Shown piece by piece: positions 28,209 to 32,000 of a stretch of 32,000 bases of DNA; position 1 is the stretch's first letter, and each line of letters begins with the position of its first letter. The stretch comes from Clostridia bacterium (lineage in GTDB: Bacteria; Bacillota; Clostridia; UMGS1810): NCBI GenBank assembly GCA_045546535.1, contig JAZQDA010000102.1, forward strand, positions 7,587 through 39,586, written 5' to 3'. The notes under the pieces were generated by a model. That model worked only from the letters and a program-made list of their open reading frames with translations, was not told where the DNA came from and made no database searches. The translations under genes were made by a program, and so were the position numbers.

Positions 28209-28859
28209 TTACTTAATGATGCTACATATATCAACTTTCTTAAACTCAATATCATCTTCTCTCATAGTGCAAAGAGAAATCGCATAACCATCTTTGTCAA
28301 ACTCTTTTATAAAACACTCGGGTGCTTCCTTTATATGTACAACGGGCAAGAGCGAAACCGAGAAATCTTTAAATGATGCAAGTCCTTTACCTGTCATTTT
28401 TGCATATGCTTCTTTTATAGTCCACATTCTGAAAAAAGCGTCTGACTTTTCAATGTCAGAGTATTTTGAGAATTCTTCTTTTTCGTTTTCGGCAAAAAAT
28501 CTTTCTATAATAGAGGGATTAAAAAATGATTTTTTTTCTGCATCAATGCCGATTTCTGTATCGGAGACTGCGCAGATTGCAAGTGAATCTGAATGGGAGA
28601 GTGAAAAATGAATATCAAAATTTTTAATATACGGTTTTTTATTCTCATCTTCGCAAAGGAGCGCAGAGCCAAAAGAGAGATTTTTTCTTTTAAGGCACTC
28701 GCCTAGCATAAGCGACGCACCGACAGATAACATCTTCGCTTTTTTCAACTTTAGTTTTTCTGCCTTAATCACTCTTTCTTCAGGTAGTGCGGAAAGTGCC
28801 TTATTGTATAAAGCGTTATCTGAAAGGGGAGACACATCAGTATATAAAACAGTAATCAT
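28209..28859 (-). CDS. 4'-phosphopantetheinyl transferase, Sfp type
   Basis: ATG at 28859 follows a GGAGGTG RBS (the track ORF starts 30 nt earlier). Motifs GIDAEK and WTIKEAYAKMTGKGL. Confidence 0.85.
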   Translation of the reverse strand: MITVLYTDVSPLSDNALYNKALSALPEERVIKAEKLKLKKAKMLSVGASLMLGECLKRKNLSFGSALLCEDENKKPYIKNFDIHFSLSHSDSLAICAVSDTEIGIDAEKKSFFNPSIIERFFAENEKEEFSKYSDIEKSDAFFRMWTIKEAYAKMTGKGLASFKDFSVSLLPVVHIKEAPECFIKEFDKDGYAISLCTMREDDIEFKKVDICSIIK

Positions 28860-28937
28860 TTTTTCACCTCCGAATTGCAAATTTATCAAAAATAATTATA
28901 CCGTAATACAGTATAAGTGAATAAGAATTTCATGACT

Positions 28938-28966
28938 ATTTTAACACAAATTTCATCTGAAATCAA
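28938..28966 (-). promoter_or_regulatory. Likely PPTase promoter
   Basis: On the minus strand: TTGATT, 17 nt spacer, TGtTAAAAT extended -10. Confidence 0.5.
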
Positions 28967-29027
28967 ACCTTAAATTTTGCAAAATACGACACAAAAAGCA
29001 ATTTTTGACAAGAAAAAAAGACCCGAT

Positions 29028-29056
29028 ATTTCCACATATCCACATGGTTATCCACA
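29028..29056 (+). promoter_or_regulatory. Cluster of three same-orientation DnaA boxes
   Basis: ATTTCCACA (29028-29036, 7/9), ATATCCACA (29036-29044, 8/9) and TTATCCACA (29048-29056, 9/9), compared with the TTATCCACA consensus. Confidence 0.6.
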
Positions 29057-29362
29057 CGCACGTTTCCCATAAAAGAGCGGTTTCGGGGGTTTTTCACATC
29101 AAAAATTATGAGTGGGAGATGGCTCGTTTGAATTCGAATTTTACCCAAAAAATAAGTAAAATTTTTGGAAGTTTTCAAAAAAGAATTTTTTTGCGTCTTC
29201 GTTGTAACAAAAAGGGCATAACAAGGCTCAAACCCAGTAGTTTCAAGGCTTTGGCATGTTTGCATAATTTTTAAAAATTTTGCATAAATGTGTCGAAAAC
29301 CTACTGCGGTGTGCCTTAGAGGAATGTATGAAAAACTTTTTGAAATTTTTTCAAAAAAACTC

Positions 29363-29417
29363 TTGACAAAACGAAAGTTTAGTTGTATAATGCACGTGAA
29401 AGTCAAAGAAAGTCAAA
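29363..29417 (+). promoter_or_regulatory. ctsR operon promoter with CtsR operator
   Basis: TTGACA (29363-29368), 17 nt spacer, TATAAT (29386-29391). The heptad direct repeat AGTCAAA-GAA-AGTCAAA (29401-29417) matches the CtsR box (A/GGTCAAAnAnA/GGTCAAA). Confidence 0.85.
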
Positions 29418-29485
29418 GTCTAAAAATTTCGAAAAAGTCAGAAAAACATAAAATAGCCTTAATTTTATAGGAGGAATGGTGGAAA

Positions 29486-29935
29486 ATGAAAATAAGCGAT
29501 ACTATAGAAACTTTCATACGCGAACTTTTTGAAGACGAAAACAGTATAGAATTAAAACGAAATGAACTTGCGGGATATTTCAACTGCGTACCCAGTCAGA
29601 TTAACTATGTTATATCTACCCGCTTTACTACCGAGAGGGGATATATAGTAGAAAGCCGTCGCGGAGGCGGGGGCCATATAAAAATCACAAGAGTGGCGGT
29701 AAACAGAAACGATGCAATCCGTCATATCCTTTCAAACATTGGTGATTCTGTTGATGTTTTAACCGTAGAGGCTATAATAGATAACCTTTATTCAAGCCAG
29801 ACTATAAATGCCGACCAGGCAAAACTGATGCTTTCTGCGTGTTCAAATAACGCTCTCTCGCCGATAGCGGACGGTCTTTTAAAGAACAGAGTAAGAGCAA
29901 GTATATTTAAAAATTTATTGTTAATGTTTATATAA
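29486..29935 (+). CDS. ctsR: Class III stress gene repressor CtsR
   Basis: CVPSQINYVISTRFTTERGYIVESRRGGGGHIKI is the CtsR hallmark. First gene of the ctsR-mcsA-mcsB-clpC operon. Confidence 0.95.
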   Translation: MKISDTIETFIRELFEDENSIELKRNELAGYFNCVPSQINYVISTRFTTERGYIVESRRGGGGHIKITRVAVNRNDAIRHILSNIGDSVDVLTVEAIIDNLYSSQTINADQAKLMLSACSNNALSPIADGLLKNRVRASIFKNLLLMFI

Positions 29936-29947
29936 GGAGGGAAAAAT

Positions 29948-30445
29948 ATGTTATGTTCAAACTGCGGTATAAATGATGCTAACTTTCACTATAAACACAT
30001 ATCAGGCGGAAAAATGACTCAGGTTCACCTTTGCTCTGATTGTGCAAAGAGACTCGGATATATAAAAGAAAACGAAAGCATTTTTTCTCTTCCTAACTTT
30101 TTCGGTGATTTTTTATCTACACCCAAAACAATTGAAACAAGGGAAAAATGTCCGTCGTGCGGTACAAGTTTTGATACAGTAAGGCGTACAGGATTTGTCG
30201 GGTGCGATAAGTGCTATGAAACATTTAAAAATCTTATAGAAGCGATGCTTGGCAAAATTCAGCCGTCTACATCGCATAAGGCAAATCAAAAAGCAACCAT
30301 TAAAGAAAATATAGAAAAAAGCCCTCTCGAAAAATATAAAGAAGAACTTAAAACGGCTATAGAAAAAGAAAATTACGAACAGGCGGCAGTTTTAAGAGAT
30401 AAGATAAAGGCTCTTGAATCGGAAGGAGTTGAAAACGATGGCTAA
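29948..30445 (+). CDS. mcsA: McsA, zinc-finger activator of the protein arginine kinase (UVR domain protein)
   Basis: Two CxxC pairs near each of CSNCG..CSDC and CPSCG..CDKC, plus a C-terminal UVR motif (ENYEQAAVLRDKIKALE). Confidence 0.9.
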   Translation: MLCSNCGINDANFHYKHISGGKMTQVHLCSDCAKRLGYIKENESIFSLPNFFGDFLSTPKTIETREKCPSCGTSFDTVRRTGFVGCDKCYETFKNLIEAMLGKIQPSTSHKANQKATIKENIEKSPLEKYKEELKTAIEKENYEQAAVLRDKIKALESEGVENDG

Positions 30446-31454
30446 GTGGTTTGAAGAAAACGGTCTGGATTCTGATGTAGTACTCAGTACCCGAATCCGT
30501 CTTGCAAGAAATTTAAAAGGCATACCCTATCCAAGTAAAATGACCCCCGATGACGCTTTAAAAGTTATTTCAATCGTAGAGGGCGCTCTGGAAGAAATGA
30601 ACTATACTTTTACAAAAATAGACGTTTCAACTCTTGGCGATGCAGAGAAGCAGAAACTTGTTGAACAGCGCTATATAAGTCCTGATTTTGCATCAACCAA
30701 ACTCCCCTGTGCTGCATATGTGAGCGAAGATGAAAACATAAGTATTATGGTAAATGAAGAAGACCATATCCGCATTCAGTGCATATGCTCAGGTCTTTCA
30801 GACAAAAAAGCGTATGAACTTATATCAAAAGTAGACTCATATCTTGGAGAGCGCCTTGAATATGCTGTGCACGAAAAATACGGACATCTCACCTCGTGCC
30901 TTACAAACCTCGGCACAGGAATGAGAGTTTCGTATATGCTTCATCTTCCTGCAATGGTTATGTCGGGAGTTTTAGAAAATGTTTTTGACGCAATAAGAAA
31001 ACTCGGCGTAACTGTAAGGGGAATGTACGGAGAGGGCACTAAATCATACGGCAATCTTTTCCAAATCTCCAATCAGACAACGCTTGGCAGATGCGAAACG
31101 GAAATAATCGATGCAATAAAGGAAACCCTTTCAAGTGTTGTTTCTAAGGAAAGGGAGATAAGAGGTGTACTTTTAAAGAAAAAGGGCGTTATATTAGAAG
31201 ATAAAATAATGCGTTCGTATTCAATCTTAAAATCTGCCCGTATAATGCAGTCAAAAGAAATGATGGAAAGGCTTTCAGACCTTCGTCTGGGTCTTGGCCT
31301 GGGTATAATTGACGGGGTTGAATACAAAGCACTTGGCAAAATAATGATATCGGCATCTCCTGCGAACTTAATCGCTGAAAACGCAGATGAAAATGCGTTT
31401 GACAGAGATGTGCGCAGAGCAAAACTTATAAGAGATGCACTCGAGGAGGAATAA
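30438..31454 (+). CDS. mcsB: Protein arginine kinase McsB
   Basis: ATP:guanido phosphotransferase motifs (NEEDHIRIQ, CLTNLGTGMR, GEGT). ATG at 30438 (MAKWFEENG) overlaps the mcsA stop by 8 nt. Confidence 0.9.
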   Translation: MAKWFEENGLDSDVVLSTRIRLARNLKGIPYPSKMTPDDALKVISIVEGALEEMNYTFTKIDVSTLGDAEKQKLVEQRYISPDFASTKLPCAAYVSEDENISIMVNEEDHIRIQCICSGLSDKKAYELISKVDSYLGERLEYAVHEKYGHLTSCLTNLGTGMRVSYMLHLPAMVMSGVLENVFDAIRKLGVTVRGMYGEGTKSYGNLFQISNQTTLGRCETEIIDAIKETLSSVVSKEREIRGVLLKKKGVILEDKIMRSYSILKSARIMQSKEMMERLSDLRLGLGLGIIDGVEYKALGKIMISASPANLIAENADENAFDRDVRRAKLIRDALEEE

Positions 31455-31456
31455 CT

Positions 31457-32000
31457 ATGGAATCAAGATTTACAGATAAATCAAGGTCGGCACTGAGATT
31501 TGCCCACGACATTTCGCAAGAACTTGGTTACGGTTTTGTCGGAAGCGAACATATAGTGGCAGGTATACTTAAAGAGGGCAGTTCCCCCGCTTCATCAGCA
31601 CTCGAAAAAAGCGGAGTGAATTATGAAGAATTTGTGGCAGAAATTGTAAAAGTTTCACCCCCCGATGAGACGGTAAATATCATAGGCTCATCACTTCCCC
31701 TGACCCCGCGATGCAAAACAATACTCGAGATGAGTTTTAACGAAGCAAAAAAACTCGGCTCTCTTCTCATTTCGCCCGAACATATTATAGTTGCAGTTTT
31801 AAGAGAGGGACACAGCGTTGGAGCAAGAATACTTTCAAAGTTTGTTACCGATGTAAATGAACTTGTAAGCGATATGTTTTCATCAGATGAAATTCACAAT
31901 AACTCTCATACGCAAAACTCGGGTTCAAAAGATGTGCCCAAGAGCCTTTCGCAGTTCGGTCAGGACCTTACAAAGATGGCAAAAGACGGTAAATTCGACC
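31457..32000 (+). CDS. clpC: ATP-dependent Clp protease ATP-binding subunit ClpC, N-terminal part (runs off the right edge)
   Basis: The two Clp_N repeats are present (FTDKSRSALRFAHDISQELGYGFVGSEHIVAGIL; TPRCKTILEMSFNEAKKLGSLLISPEHIIVAVL). Operon position after mcsB. Confidence 0.9.
   Translation, partial: MESRFTDKSRSALRFAHDISQELGYGFVGSEHIVAGILKEGSSPASSALEKSGVNYEEFVAEIVKVSPPDETVNIIGSSLPLTPRCKTILEMSFNEAKKLGSLLISPEHIIVAVLREGHSVGARILSKFVTDVNELVSDMFSSDEIHNNSHTQNSGSKDVPKSLSQFGQDLTKMAKDGKFD

Noticed and set aside
28963-29406. 147 aa minus-strand ORF and 89 aa plus-strand ORF (29005-29274) in the PPTase-ctsR gap
   Set aside because: No RBS. The composition is typical of translated AT-rich spacer (F/K/basic rich). 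The minus-strand ORF would start inside the ctsR promoter and CtsR operator. The region is better explained as regulatory non-coding DNA.

Overview
AT-rich Firmicutes chromosome segment, most likely from a spore-forming member of the Clostridia (spoIIR, a SpoVD/FtsI-type PBP and ctsR-mcsA-mcsB-clpC are all present). Most of the window is ordinary housekeeping. From left to right: polA start, PBP transpeptidase, a PRTase, spoIIR, a CarD/CdnL regulator, a blaI-blaR1-SLH unit, trmO-ligA, two zinc-ribbon membrane proteins, sbcDC, a DAG-kinase-like lipid kinase, a MATE exporter, a stand-alone tRNA(CAU), an Sfp-type PPTase and the ctsR stress operon. The exception is a 9.4 kb, tightly coupled, single-strand operon (12133-21483) of phage origin. 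It encodes a portal, a Prp-type cysteine protease, a BppU_N-type tail fibre, an LRR-tailed receptor-binding-like protein, a holin/endolysin cassette, and a T7 gp12-like nozzle with flanking small proteins. It has no recognisable capsid, scaffold, terminase, replication, repressor or integrase gene, and core genes sit on both sides. This capsid-less podovirus-type portal/tail/lysis module is the best candidate for something undescribed. A recently truncated prophage or one locus of a split element cannot be excluded from sequence alone. Secondary observations: a 191 bp element with 19 bp terminal inverted repeats enclosing a bidirectional terminator just upstream of sbcD; three tandem DnaA boxes in the long non-coding gap upstream of ctsR; a tRNA(CAU) with two G.G stem mismatches; and cop-box operators at blaI. 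No CRISPR array, rRNA or transposase was seen. All functional calls rest on motif recognition by eye, with no searches run.
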